Part shown: in pieces, positions 29,728 through 41,400 of the stretch | Layout of the letters: each line of letters starts with the position of its first letter | Position numbering within the stretch: the first letter of the stretch is position 1 | Assembly: GCA_945833885.1 (NCBI GenBank) | Contig: CAMAFY010000003.1 | Location: 49,057 to 113,056, forward strand | DNA from: an uncultured Bacteroidales bacterium | GTDB lineage: Bacteria > Bacteroidota > Bacteroidia > Bacteroidales > Bacteroidaceae | Direction of reading: 5' to 3' | Length of the DNA: 64,000 nt | Notes under the pieces: model-generated | Told to the model about the DNA's origin: nothing | Databases searched by the model: none | What the model saw: the letters and a program-made list of their open reading frames with translations, nothing else | Program-made: the position numbers and the translations under genes

Positions 29728-30506
29728 GGGAAGATGGTGTTTTTGAAGGGATTCAGAAAAGAAAAGTGCCGGAGATTGCCGGATTTTCGGCGGTGGCTTT
29801 CCGGGCTTGTTCGGGAATATTCTGGCCGCCGTCGGGGCATTGGTGCGCAAAGTGTGTTCTGCGTTCCGAACTCCTATGTTTGTATGTGGCGGATTCCATA
29901 GGGGAACAGTGTGCTTTTTGCTCCTCCGGAAGGGGGAGATGATTGTCAGGAATACGGAACGAAACAGAAGTCTTTGCGGCAATGTTTGACGCGCGGTTGC
30001 AATTTGCTGACGGCAAATATAGGAACAAAATCTACAACGTACCCTATATTTTGCTGTTAATTCCATCTTTTTGCATGGTTTTTGCCGGCATTTGCTTTGC
30101 AATTTATGCAGAAAGTCGTAATTTTGCCACGAAATATTCAATTTGTATTACGCTTTGAGCGCCGTGATGGTGCCATGTGTCGGCTTCCGATGTTTAGGAG
30201 ATGCCATTTAGGTGATTTCGGTAGAGCATCTTGTATTTCGTCTTGCATCAAAGGGAAGGCGTGTCTTTTGCCCAACATCCTTTTCCCTTTGGCCGTAAGC
30301 GTTTTGGGGTTTCCCGCCAGCCAATTCCGTGTGAATTGTTGGCATATTCGCGATTGGAATTTGGGAACGACGCCCTTTACAGGACAAACATCAAGGCTTT
30401 ACCTTGTTTTAAACGGAATGTCCGGCACGGCGGTGGAGAACCTTCGGGATAGAAGACTTCTTCATCGTCAAAGAATTGTCAAAAACTAACAACGAATTCG
30501 TACAGA

Positions 30507-31820
30507 ATGCCTAATTTAGTAGCCATTGTAGGTCGTCCGAACGTCGGAAAATCTACGCTTTTCAATCGTCTCACAGGAACGCGCCACGCCATTGTAAGTG
30601 AAGAGGCCGGCACCACACGCGACCGTCAATACGGGAAAGTGGAGTGGTGTCAGAAGGAATTTTCGATTGTTGATACCGGAGGATGGGTGGTCGGTAGCGA
30701 CGATATCTTTGAAAGTGAAATCCGTAAACAAGTGGACATTGCCACGGAAGAGAGCGACTTGATTCTCTTTGTTGTGGACGTTATTGGTGGTGTTACCGAC
30801 CTTGACATGTCGGTAGCGCAGATTTTGCGTCGCGCAAAGGTACCCGTCATCGTCTGTGCCAACAAGACAGACAACAATGAGGACCGCTACGGATCGGCGG
30901 AGTTCTACTCGCTCGGACTGGGCGATCCTTTCTGCATCAGCGCCGCCACCGGAAGTGGAACGGGCGACCTGTTGGATAAAATCTGCGAGATGTTGCCTGT
31001 AAAGGAGGGCGATGAGACCGAAGACAACATTCCTCGTTTTGCCATTGTCGGCCGTCCGAATGCCGGAAAGAGCAGCCTTATCAATGCCTTTATCGGCGAA
31101 GATCGTCACATCGTGACCGATATCGCCGGCACAACCCGCGACTCCATTTATACTCGATACGACAAGTTTGGATTCGATTTCTACCTTGTTGACACGGCAG
31201 GAATCAGAAAAAAGAACAAGGTGTCTGAGGACTTGGAGTTCTATAGCGTGATGCGTTCCATCCGTGCCATTGAAAATTCCGACGTGTGTATCCTTCTTAT
31301 CGATGCCACACGCGGCATTGAGGCGCAGGATATGAACATCTTCCAACTCGTCCAGCGCAACGGAAAGAGTCTCGTTGTCGTGGTGAACAAGTGGGATCTT
31401 GTGGAGGAAAAGTCGACGCAGAGCATCAAATGTTTCACAGATGCCATATACGAGCGTATGGCACCCTTCACGAATTTTCCCATCATCTTCGGAAGTGCCC
31501 TGACAAAGCAGCGTATCTTCAAGGTGCTGGAAACCGCCAAGGAGGTGTATCTCAACCGTAAGCGCCACGTTTCCACCGGACGTCTTAACGAGGAAATGCT
31601 TCCCATCATCGAGGCTTATCCGCCACCTTCAATCAAAGGCAAGTACATCAAGATTAAATATTGCTCACAAATCCGCGATACACAGGTGCCGACTTTCGTC
31701 TTCTACGCCAACCTTCCGCAGTACGTCAAGGAGCCTTACAAGCGTTTTCTTGAGAACAAGATTCGTGAGCGTTGGGATTTCTCAGGATGTCCCATGAATA
31801 TCTTTATCCGTCAAAAATAG
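30507..31820 (+). CDS. der: Ribosome biogenesis GTPase Der (EngA)
   Basis: Two GTPase domains ([26 protein letters not shown]) plus KH-like domain. Confidence 0.98.
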   Translation: MPNLVAIVGRPNVGKSTLFNRLTGTRHAIVSEEAGTTRDRQYGKVEWCQKEFSIVDTGGWVVGSDDIFESEIRKQVDIATEESDLILFVVDVIGGVTDLDMSVAQILRRAKVPVIVCANKTDNNEDRYGSAEFYSLGLGDPFCISAATGSGTGDLLDKICEMLPVKEGDETEDNIPRFAIVGRPNAGKSSLINAFIGEDRHIVTDIAGTTRDSIYTRYDKFGFDFYLVDTAGIRKKNKVSEDLEFYSVMRSIRAIENSDVCILLIDATRGIEAQDMNIFQLVQRNGKSLVVVVNKWDLVEEKSTQSIKCFTDAIYERMAPFTNFPIIFGSALTKQRIFKVLETAKEVYLNRKRHVSTGRLNEEMLPIIEAYPPPSIKGKYIKIKYCSQIRDTQVPTFVFYANLPQYVKEPYKRFLENKIRERWDFSGCPMNIFIRQK

Positions 31821-32039
31821 GATTTTCCGGTACGAAGCAATGTGGACCGTCAGGTGATAATCCTCGAATCCATGTTGTCTTTCCAGACTGCGACTGACAA
31901 ATTGCGGAAAAAACAGGCGGGCTCTCCGATAATCTGCGGAGCGATTCCTGTGAGTGAACCCGATAGGAACGGCGGTTCCCGCTGTGTCCGCAACATGGTC
32001 TGCAGAGTTTTACCGGAAAATAGAAATCTCGCAACAATA

Positions 32040-32453
32040 ATGCGCCACTTTTACATCCCCCTTTTCGCCCTTTCGCTTTGGACGATGGTGGCGTGCGGAA
32101 GCATGCAGGCCGAAGAGAACCACGATGCTCCTCCATTGCCCGATGCCGTTATGGTGGCGGAAATGTACGGGCATTACATCAACGGAGAGTTCGATGCTTA
32201 TGTAGGCTATATGGAGTCGCTCGACCATGTCACAGAGGAATACCGAAGCCAGATGGCGGCACTCTTCAAACAGCGTCACCGCGCACAGGTGGAGGAAAAC
32301 GGAGGCCCGATAGCCTGCCGCCTCATAGATGTGAAGCCGAACGACAGTTGTACGTATGCCGAGGTGTACGTCGAAGTGACTTTCAAGGACCGTACCTATG
32401 AGGAGATTATGCTGCCAATGGTGCGGGTGAACGATGTTTGGCGCTTGCGCTGA
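32040..32453 (+). CDS. Hypothetical lipoprotein
   Basis: MRHFYIPLF...VAC lipobox; C-terminal ..PMVRVNDVWRLR resembles NTF2-like lipoprotein ends. Confidence 0.7.
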   Translation: MRHFYIPLFALSLWTMVACGSMQAEENHDAPPLPDAVMVAEMYGHYINGEFDAYVGYMESLDHVTEEYRSQMAALFKQRHRAQVEENGGPIACRLIDVKPNDSCTYAEVYVEVTFKDRTYEEIMLPMVRVNDVWRLR

Positions 32454-32556
32454 CATTGTATTCTCCATTCCGGATGCCGCTATGGTGAGGCGGAAAATCC
32501 TGTATGCTTTCCCTCTTTTATCCCAAGAAACTAAAAATAATCTTATATATTGATAT

Positions 32557-33903
32557 ATGGAACTGGACATTCTGACTGCCGTTTCTCCCATTGACGGCCG
32601 TTATCATTCAAAGACGGCTGCCCTTGCGCAGTACTATTCCGAGTATGCGTTGATGAAGTATCGCGTACGAGTAGAGGTGGAATATTTCATCGCTCTCTGC
32701 GAACTTCCTCTGCCACAACTGGAGGCTTTCCCTCACGAACTCTTTGAAACGCTTCGCGATATCTATAGAAATTTCTCCGAAAACGACGCTTCGCACGTGA
32801 AGGAAATCGAAAGTGTTACGAACCATGACGTGAAGGCTATCGAGTATTTCATCAAGGAAAAGTTCGATGCCATCGGAGGTCTTGACAGTTTTAAGGAGTT
32901 TATTCACTTCGGTCTTACCAGTCAGGACATCAACAACACCTCGTTCCCCATGATGCTCAAGGAGAGTCTGACGGAAGTTTATATCCCTCTTTTGCAGCAA
33001 GTCATTGATGCTCTGAACGAGCGTGCCGAGGAATGGACGGAAATCCCCATGCTTGCCAAGACCCATGGACAGCCTGCCAGCCCTACACGTTTGGGAAAAG
33101 AGGTGCGCGTGTTCAGTTATCGTTTGGAACAACAGTTGGCACAATTGAAGGCTGTGCCTGTAAGTGCGAAGTTCGGTGGCGCAACCGGTAACTTCAACGC
33201 CCATCATGTGGCCTATCCGGAGAAGGACTGGAAAGCGTTTGCTGAGAAGTTCCTCAGTGAGAAACTCGGACTTGTACGTGAGGAATACACCACGCAGATT
33301 TCGAATTACGATAATCTTGCTGCCGTTTTCGATGCCATGAAGCGCATCCATACCATACTTATCGACTGCGACCGCGATTTTTGGCAGTATGTTTCTATGG
33401 AATACTTCAAGCAGAAGATCAAGGCCGGCGAGGTCGGCTCCAGTGCAATGCCCCACAAAGTGAACCCTATCGACTTCGAGAATTCCGAAGGAAATCTGGG
33501 TATGGCCAATGCCATTCTTGAACACCTCAGCAGAAAACTTCCCATCAGCCGTCTTCAGCGTGACCTTACAGACTCTACTGTCATCCGTAATATCGGTGTT
33601 CCCATGGGACATGCCCTTATTGCCTTTGCCAGTACCTTGAAGGGACTTGATAAACTGTTGCTCCACGAGGAAAGTATTGCCGCAGATCTCGACGCATGCT
33701 GGGCTGTTTGTGCCGAGGCTGTGCAGACTATATTGCGCCGTGAGGCGTTCCCTCACCCCTATGAAGCGCTGAAAGCGTTGACGCGTACCAACAGTGCCAT
33801 AACGGAAAACAGCATTTCGGAGTTCATTGACCAACTTGAAGTCAGCGATGATGTGAAGGCAGAACTCCATCGTATCCGTCCTGAGAACTACACTGGTCTT
33901 TAA
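32557..33903 (+). CDS. purB: Adenylosuccinate lyase
   Basis: SPIDGRY, TNHDVKA, HFGLTSQD and GSSAMPHKVNP signature. Confidence 0.98.
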   Translation: MELDILTAVSPIDGRYHSKTAALAQYYSEYALMKYRVRVEVEYFIALCELPLPQLEAFPHELFETLRDIYRNFSENDASHVKEIESVTNHDVKAIEYFIKEKFDAIGGLDSFKEFIHFGLTSQDINNTSFPMMLKESLTEVYIPLLQQVIDALNERAEEWTEIPMLAKTHGQPASPTRLGKEVRVFSYRLEQQLAQLKAVPVSAKFGGATGNFNAHHVAYPEKDWKAFAEKFLSEKLGLVREEYTTQISNYDNLAAVFDAMKRIHTILIDCDRDFWQYVSMEYFKQKIKAGEVGSSAMPHKVNPIDFENSEGNLGMANAILEHLSRKLPISRLQRDLTDSTVIRNIGVPMGHALIAFASTLKGLDKLLLHEESIAADLDACWAVCAEAVQTILRREAFPHPYEALKALTRTNSAITENSISEFIDQLEVSDDVKAELHRIRPENYTGL

Positions 33904-34122
33904 TTAAGGTGGGGTTTATGGGCTAATTTTGCCAGATTCCATGCCTGTTTTCGAGATAATGCCTTCTGTGAATAGGCGTTTGATTAAGCGAGAACCGAGC
34001 AAATTCGTTTGCTTTGCGAGCATGATAATCGTAGAACATAGTTCAAGATAGCGTGTCTCGTGGCTGAATCCACAGACTTTTAAGCCGGAAGAAGGGCGAA
34101 AGATGGCAAATATAATCAAAAA

Positions 34123-34203
34123 CAACGTTTTCGATAAGCCAAATGAGCAGAAGGGAAGTACGTGTAACGCACTTACGTTATGCCATGGCGGGAAAACGAA
34201 GAA
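34123..34203 (+). repeat. Dispersed hairpin repeat, copy B
   Basis: caacgttttcgataagccaaatgagcagaagggaagtacgtgtaacgcacttacgttatgccatggcgggaaaacgaag. Confidence 0.85.
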
Positions 34204-34289
34204 CAAAGTATAACCATAAAAACTTTGCGGTGGCTATTTCTGAAAGCCACTTAAAGAAAACCGAATACACACAATATTTATAATAATAT

Positions 34290-35657
34290 ATGTCAGAAAT
34301 CAAGAACAACAACGAGGGAGGCAGCCGCGAAGGTTATACTTCTTCGAACCACGATGGCGGCAACCGTAGCCAAAACCGTGGAGGTTATGGACGCGCTTAT
34401 TCGTCAGAAGGCGGTCGTGGACGAAATTTTTATAATGAAAATCGCCAAGGTTATTCCCGCGGAGGCTACCAACAGCGTAGCTATCAGCAGCGTGGTGAGG
34501 GCTATCAGGGCGGTGGTCAGCGTCGACAATACGATGCCGACGGCGGTTATCAGCGCGGTGAAGGCTACCAGAGTGGCGGTCAGCGTCGTCAGAACTACGG
34601 CGATTATCAGCAGAGAGGCTACCAGCAGCGTGGCGGATTCCAGCGTGGCGGTTATCAGCAGCGCGGTGAAGGCTATCAAGGTGGCGGCCAACGTCGCCCG
34701 TATGATGCCGAAGGTGGCTATCAGCAGCGCGGAGGTTTCCAACACCGTGGTGGTTATCAGAACGCTGGTTATCAACAGCGTGGCGATGGTTTCCAGGGCG
34801 ATGGCCAGCATCGTGGCGGCTATCAGAACGGTGGATACCAGCAGCGCGGAGGGTTCGGACCGCGTAAACACAATGCGTTCAAGCGTCAGAATCCTGGAAA
34901 GCGCCGTGTAGACTATAAGGAAATTCCGTATGATCCCAATGAACCCATCCGTCTGAACAAGTTCCTTGCCAATGCCGGTGTATGCAGTCGTCGCGATGCC
35001 GACAAGTATATTGCCGCAGGAGTAGTGACGGTGAACGGTGAAATCATTACGGAACTCGGACATAAGGTGCTCCGCAGCGACATTGTCCTGTTCCATGATC
35101 AGCAAGTTAAGGCTGAAAAGAAGGTATATGTTCTCCTGAACAAGCCCAAAGGCTATGTGACGACCAGCGAAGACCCGCAGAATCGTAAGACGGTGATGGA
35201 CCTTGTTGCCAAGGCTTGCCGCGAACGCATCTATCCTGTCGGCCGACTTGACCGCAATACGACCGGTGTTCTTCTGCTTACCAACGACGGAGAACTGGCC
35301 AGCAAGTTGACTCATCCCATGTTCCTCAAGAAAAAGATCTATCATGTATATCTCGACCGCAATGTAACGGCTGGTGATATCCGACAGATTGCTGAAGGTA
35401 TTACGCTTGAGGATGGTGATATCAAGGCGGATGCCATCGATTATGCAAGTGATACCGACAAAAAGCAGGTAGGTATTGAGATCCATTCCGGACGTAACCG
35501 CATCGTTCGTCGCATCTTTGAAAGTCTCGGCTACCATGTTGTCAAACTCGATCGCGTATATTTTGCCGGACTGACCAAGAAGAATGTCAAGCGTGGTGAC
35601 TGGCGTTTCCTCACCGAAGACGAGGTCAGCATGCTTCGTATGGGGGCGTTTGAATAA
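34290..35657 (+). CDS. rluB: rRNA pseudouridine synthase (RsuA/RluB family, S4 domain) with long G/Q/R/Y-rich N-terminus
   Basis: RLNKFLANAGVCSRR, LNKPKG, VGRLD, GRNRIVRR; exact subfamily uncertain. Confidence 0.8.
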   Translation: MSEIKNNNEGGSREGYTSSNHDGGNRSQNRGGYGRAYSSEGGRGRNFYNENRQGYSRGGYQQRSYQQRGEGYQGGGQRRQYDADGGYQRGEGYQSGGQRRQNYGDYQQRGYQQRGGFQRGGYQQRGEGYQGGGQRRPYDAEGGYQQRGGFQHRGGYQNAGYQQRGDGFQGDGQHRGGYQNGGYQQRGGFGPRKHNAFKRQNPGKRRVDYKEIPYDPNEPIRLNKFLANAGVCSRRDADKYIAAGVVTVNGEIITELGHKVLRSDIVLFHDQQVKAEKKVYVLLNKPKGYVTTSEDPQNRKTVMDLVAKACRERIYPVGRLDRNTTGVLLLTNDGELASKLTHPMFLKKKIYHVYLDRNVTAGDIRQIAEGITLEDGDIKADAIDYASDTDKKQVGIEIHSGRNRIVRRIFESLGYHVVKLDRVYFAGLTKKNVKRGDWRFLTEDEVSMLRMGAFE

Positions 35658-35748
35658 TGCATTCTCCGCAGAATCCCATTTTCGGAACAGCAGATACATA
35701 CCACAATAACAGTTTTTTAGAACCCGCGAATACACACAAATACTAACG

Positions 35749-37170
35749 ATGAAACGAACAAAAATCATCGATGCCCTCGCCAGCACTGCCTATGGTTCGG
35801 AGATGACCGTCATGGGTTGGGTGCGTTCAAAGCGTGGAAGCAAGAATGTGAACTTCATTGCTCTGAATGACGGTTCGACAATCAAGAATATCCAGATTGT
35901 CGCCGACGTGGAAAAGTTTGACGATGAATTGCTTCGTCAGATTGGAACCGGCGCAAGCATTGCCTGCACTGGCAAACTTGTGGAAAGCCAAGGTGCCGGA
36001 CAGACCACGGAAATCCAGGCAGAAAGCATCACCCTCTTCGGAGCATGCGCACCGGATTATCCCATGCAGAAGAAGGGACAGACGTTTGAATACATGCGTC
36101 AACACGCCCACATGCGTCTTCGCACCAACACTTTTGGTGCCGTTATGCGCATCCGTCACAACATGGCAATGGCAATCCACACCTATTTCCATGAACACGG
36201 ATACTATTACTTCCATACTCCTCTGATTACTGCCAGCGACTGTGAAGGCGCAGGGCAGATGTTCCAGGTGACGACCAAGAACCTTTACGAACTGAAGAAG
36301 GACGAAAACGGTTCCATCATCTATGATGACGACTTCTTTGGCAAGCAGACCAGCCTCACGGTCAGCGGACAACTTGAAGGTGAACTCGGCGCTACCGCAT
36401 TAGGAGCCATCTACACTTTCGGTCCAACCTTCCGTGCTGAGAACAGCAACACCCCCAGGCACCTGGCGGAATTCTGGATGATTGAGCCCGAAGTATGCTT
36501 TATCGACCTCGAAGACCTGATGGATTTGGAGGAAGACTTCATCAAATACTGTGTACGATGGGCGCTCGAGCACTGCAAGGATGACCTGGAATTCCTCAAC
36601 AAGATGATAGATAAGGGCCTGATCGAGCGTCTTGAGGGTGTCCTTAAGGAGGACTTTGTACGTCTTGACTACACACATGGTATCGAAATCCTCCAAGAAG
36701 CCATTAAGAACGGCCGCAAATTCGAGTTCCCATGCAACTGGGGCGACGACCTTGCTTCGGAACATGAGCGCTATCTTGTGGAAGAATATTTCAAGAAGCC
36801 TGTCATCATGACCCATTATCCCAAGAAAATCAAGGCTTTCTATATGAAGATTGACGAAGAAGTTCCCACTTTCAACGGTGAGCCTCAGGAGCAGACTGTT
36901 CAGGGAACCGACGTCCTCTTCCCCTCTATCGGCGAGATTATCGGTGGAAGTGTCCGCGAAGAGAACTACGATAAGTTGCTTGGCGAAATAGAAGAACGGC
37001 ATATCCCCATGAAGGATATGTGGTGGTACATGGATACCCGCCGCTTCGGAACCTGCCCCCACGGAGGTTTCGGACTCGGATTCGAGCGTCTCATCCTCTT
37101 TGTCACCGGTATGGCTAACATCCGCGACGTCATTCCTTTCCCCCGAACTCCGAAAACAGCAGAATTCTAA
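35749..37170 (+). CDS. asnS: Asparaginyl-tRNA synthetase
   Basis: [31 protein letters not shown] and GFGLGFER motifs. Confidence 0.98.
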   Translation: MKRTKIIDALASTAYGSEMTVMGWVRSKRGSKNVNFIALNDGSTIKNIQIVADVEKFDDELLRQIGTGASIACTGKLVESQGAGQTTEIQAESITLFGACAPDYPMQKKGQTFEYMRQHAHMRLRTNTFGAVMRIRHNMAMAIHTYFHEHGYYYFHTPLITASDCEGAGQMFQVTTKNLYELKKDENGSIIYDDDFFGKQTSLTVSGQLEGELGATALGAIYTFGPTFRAENSNTPRHLAEFWMIEPEVCFIDLEDLMDLEEDFIKYCVRWALEHCKDDLEFLNKMIDKGLIERLEGVLKEDFVRLDYTHGIEILQEAIKNGRKFEFPCNWGDDLASEHERYLVEEYFKKPVIMTHYPKKIKAFYMKIDEEVPTFNGEPQEQTVQGTDVLFPSIGEIIGGSVREENYDKLLGEIEERHIPMKDMWWYMDTRRFGTCPHGGFGLGFERLILFVTGMANIRDVIPFPRTPKTAEF

Positions 37171-37235
37171 CCCGCGTTTTCGTCAAGCCTGAAGGGTAGG
37201 GTAGCATTTTATAGAAGCCACTTTATCTTATTTAA

Positions 37236-37355
37236 GGCGAGAAAACGAAGGGTGAAATCCAACGTTTTCGATAAGCCAAATGAGCGGAACGGAAGCAGTT
37301 GAAAACTGATTACGCTATGCCATGGCGAGAAAACGAAGGTTAAAAACCAACATTT
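37236..37355 (+). repeat. Dispersed hairpin repeat, copy C (~1.3 units)
   Basis: ggcgagaaaacgaagggtgaaatccaacgttttcgataagccaaatgagcggaacggaagcagttgaaaactgattacgctatgccatggcgagaaaacgaagg. Confidence 0.9.
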
Positions 37356-37469
37356 CCTTTATGCAAGTCCTTCAATTCTGAGAAAACACATCCTTTCCAT
37401 TGGCATCGAGTGCCGAAGGTTGCTCTCAGTGTTGAAGGACTTTTTTTAGGTAATAACCATAAAAATCAC

Positions 37470-38075
37470 GTGACAGTCTTTGTCTTACACAATAATTCGC
37501 CGCAATCTCCGTTTAATGTTAATGTAAAAGATTGTGCGCTTTACACACTTCCCGATACGGCGGTGCAGCGGAATGGCAAACCGATGTTTGTTCCAGATTT
37601 TGCCGTTCCCTGTACATTCCATGCCCATGTGGCGTTGCGTCTCTGTCGTTTGGGGCGCAGTGTCAGTCCGCGCTTTGCACATCGCTATTGGGATGCCGCT
37701 TCTGTGGTGGCACACTTCGTAGCAACGCCATTGTTGGAGCAGGCACAGCGCGAGGGATTGCCATGGTCTTGTGCTACAGGCTTTGACAATGCCCTGCCAG
37801 TTGGCGACTTTGTGGCAAAGGAAGCGTTGCTTGCCGCTGACCCGCAGTTGGCACATCGCATTGTCACCAGTGCGGGCCAGCAGTTGGAAAGCACCATGCC
37901 CGATGTGGAGAACATCGCATCCGAAGCCATAGCGCGTATCAGTGAATTCTACATGATTCGCAATGGTGACGTGGTGTTGCTACCAGCCACGGGTGAGGGA
38001 TGTTCTGCTGTCATTGACAGTCATCTTGAAGGTTTCATAGCCGGAAACCGGGTCCTCTCCTATAATATTAAATAG
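37470..38075 (+). CDS. Fumarylacetoacetate-hydrolase-family protein (divergent)
   Basis: PDTAVQRNGKPMFVPDF, RLGRSVSPRFAHRY, GLPW..ATGFD and GDVV motifs; GTG start inferred. Confidence 0.75.
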   Translation: MTVFVLHNNSPQSPFNVNVKDCALYTLPDTAVQRNGKPMFVPDFAVPCTFHAHVALRLCRLGRSVSPRFAHRYWDAASVVAHFVATPLLEQAQREGLPWSCATGFDNALPVGDFVAKEALLAADPQLAHRIVTSAGQQLESTMPDVENIASEAIARISEFYMIRNGDVVLLPATGEGCSAVIDSHLEGFIAGNRVLSYNIK

Positions 38076-38203
38076 TATAGCACTTAATACTAAATAGAAT
38101 TTCGCTTTTCATCACCTTGTCGCACATCCCAATCTTCGGGAATCTTGTCGCGATGTTACGATGATGAGATTTTGAAGTTCAGACCTATATCGTAGGTCAG
38201 ACA

Positions 38204-38340
38204 AAAACGTTGGATTTCATCCTTCGTTTTCTCGCCATGGCACAGCGTAAACAGTTTTCAACTGCTTCCGTTCTGCTCATTTGGCTTATCGAAAACGTTG
38301 AACTTCGTTCTTCGTTTTCTCGCCATGGCACAGCGAAAAC
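38204..38340 (-). repeat. Dispersed hairpin repeat, copy D (~1.4 units), inverted relative to copy C
   Basis: Reverse complement reads gccatggcgagaaaacgaagaacgaagttcaacgttttcgataagccaaatgagcagaacggaagcagttgaaaactgtttacgctgtgccatggcgagaaaacgaaggatgaaatccaacgtttt. Confidence 0.9.
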
Positions 38341-38485
38341 GCTCTCATAGAAATACAGGACATCAATCTCTGTTTTCTGTGGTTTTACTACAAAAAACAT
38401 GGTATCATGGATAAATCTCACAGGTTTTCTTTAAGGTACCATCGGTAAGTCAGAATAAATTCTTGAATCCTCTTCAACCAAATAT

Positions 38486-41400
38486 ATGTTGTCACGAATC
38501 CTTAACCCCGGCGTCTTTGCACTTTCAGTAGCCATGTTGCCTATGGTAGTCTGTGCTGATGAGGCTGTTCGTGTCCAGTCTGCCACTGTACAAGGTGGTA
38601 TAACGGCCGACTCCTGTTTTGTGCATATTGATTCAAACTATTACTCCGTGAGTGAAGAATCCCTGCCCCGCTTCTATCATGAGGTCGAGGTAGGTGAGCC
38701 GTGCAGTGCTGGATATGATGTGGAAATCCGCTATCCTGAGTATCAGAAACTGTCGGGAAAAGAGTTGAAGGCCGTTCGCAGACTGCAGAAACTCGGAGAA
38801 GTCGCCTCGGATGTTGAGGTTGCCCAGGATGGAATCGTGCTGCTTCCCGAGAAGGTCAGCACGGGAGGCCTGCATCTTGATACGCAACTTTCCATCAGCC
38901 GGAAGCAGGGTTATCTGGGCATTTCCTTCTCTCCCGTTGTCCTTCATGAGGGACAATGGAAGCGCATCCTTTCGTGTCAGATAGCCGTAAAGCCGCGTGG
39001 CGCTTCCGTTTCTCAGCGCGCAGTGGCAGCGGTTGCCGCCGATGCCGAAGAACGATGGGCGGAAAAGAGCGTGCTTGCAGAGGGAAAATGGGCAAAAATC
39101 CGTGTATCACAAGAGGGTATCTACCAGTTGACAGAATCCGATATCCAGAAGATGGGATTCTCTTCTTTGGACAAAGTGAAGGTCTATGGCTATGGTGGCC
39201 TGATTCAAAATGAGGTCTTCACCTTTCCTGTCGTTGATGAAAGACTGAATCAGAACCGCACTCCCGACGACCTTGTTGAGGTTCCTACATTGACAACTTC
39301 CGACGGTCGGCGTCTTTTCTGGGCAGAAGGCACACTTTATTACAAGTGGAACAGCAGTACGCAGCGCTATACTCATGTCCAGAATCCTTATAGTAATTAC
39401 AGTTATTATTTCATTACTGAAGGCGATTCACCGGCATCGGTCCAGCAACTTTCCGAAGTCAGTCTTGATGAAACCGATGTGATCATGACGGATGTTCCGT
39501 ATGTGACGGTTTATGAAAAGGATGCTTACAGTTGGTATCAGGGTGGTCGCAACATGTTCGACAGCCACGATTTCAGCACGAATTCCCTGTTCTCCTACCG
39601 TCTTGCAACACCTGGATTGTCGACTTCCGGCAACAAGACTGTAGAAGTGCGCATGGGAGCCTCTTCCTCTTCGGATGTCACCCCCTTCAACGTCAATCTC
39701 AACGGCAGCAAGTTGGGAACATTCTCCGTAAACCGCTATGACCCTACCATAGGAGTAGCCAAGGCTGAGTTGTTTACCTTCAATCGTGTCACTACGCTTC
39801 AAGGAGAAGGTTCCAACACTTTCCAGTTCTCTGCTCAGACCAATCACAGTGCCCGTCTCGACTATATCCGCATCAACTATCAGCGGACATTGAGTCTTTC
39901 GGAGCAACCTTACAGTTTTTCTCCGCAGAAGTCCGGTACTGTGGCCCTGCAGATACAGAACGCCAATGCCACGACTCACGTATGGCGAATTGGACAGTAT
40001 GGCAGTCCTACTGCCGAAGTTCCGTCTACTCTTGCTTCCGACGGTATGCTTACCGCAGTAACATCCACCGCCGCGCGCCGTTTTGTGTGCTTCGATGAGA
40101 GCCTGTCCTACGCATCTCCCGAATATGTCGGTAGTGTTGCGAACCAGAATCTTCACGGTTCCGAGAATGTCGACTACGTCATCATCGTCCCCGCCAGCGG
40201 CAAATTGGTAAGTCAGGCCGAGCGTTTGCTGAGCCTTCATAAGGAGCGCAGGGGGCTGACGGGTTGTGTGGTCCGTGCCGATGAACTGTACAATGAGTTC
40301 TCTTCGGGAACACCTGATGCCAATGCCTACCGTCGTTTCCTGAAGATGCTCTACGACCGTGCGGACAATGTGGAGAAAGTTATGCCGCGTTATTGCCTGC
40401 TGATGGGCAAAGCCTCCTGGGATAACCGCCTCATTACCTCGTTGACCTCCAAATATAATGCCGAAGATCTTCTGCTCTCTTACGAGTATGATGCCTCAAA
40501 TGTTGAGGTCGGAACCATATACAGCATCTGTACAGACGACTTTTTTGGCTTCCTTGACGACGGAGAGGGTGGGGATGTGAGTCAGAATAAACTCGACATC
40601 GCCCTTGGACGTATGACCTGTCTGACAGAAGATGACGCCAAATGCCTTGTCGACAAGGTGGAGTCATACATGAATAATACCGTTGTCGGTAACTGGAAGA
40701 ATACGGTTGTCATGCTTGGCGACAACGGAAATGGCAACGGACACATGCAGGATGCCGAGTCGGCAGCCAAGGTTATCGCTCAGGCAAATCCGTCCATCGA
40801 TATACAACGTGTCTATTGGGACCGCTATGCCCGCACGTCTTCCGCTACCGGATTCACGTATCCCCAGGCCACAGAGCGCATACATCAGTTGATGTCCGAT
40901 GGTGCTCTCGTTTTTAATTACAGTGGTCACGGAAGTCCCAACAGCATTTCAAAGTCACAAGTGTTGCAGACGAAGGATTTTCGTCAGTCATATTCTTCCA
41001 TGCCGTTGTGGGTTCTTGCTTCATGTGAGATATTCCCCTTCGACAGTGAGGAGGAAAGCCTTGCCGAAACGTCGCTCTATCTCCCCGGAAGTGGCTCCAT
41101 CGCCTTCATTTGTGCCACACGTGCCGTTTACGCCATCAGCAATACTGTCCTCAACCGTAGTGTAAGTTCGCTACTTTTCACCCCCAATGCCGACGGCACC
41201 TACAACACCATGGGCGAGGCTTTGCAGAAGTCTAAGATACAAATGATTGAGAGCAGCACCGAAAAGACCATCAATAAGGCAAAATACGTCTTCTTCGGTG
41301 ACCCTGCGCTCCATCTTTCCTTCCCCACCGGACGCCTTGTCCTTGATTCCATCAACGGCAAGTCCATCCAGGACATCGACACTCTCGTCGTCCTTCCTGC

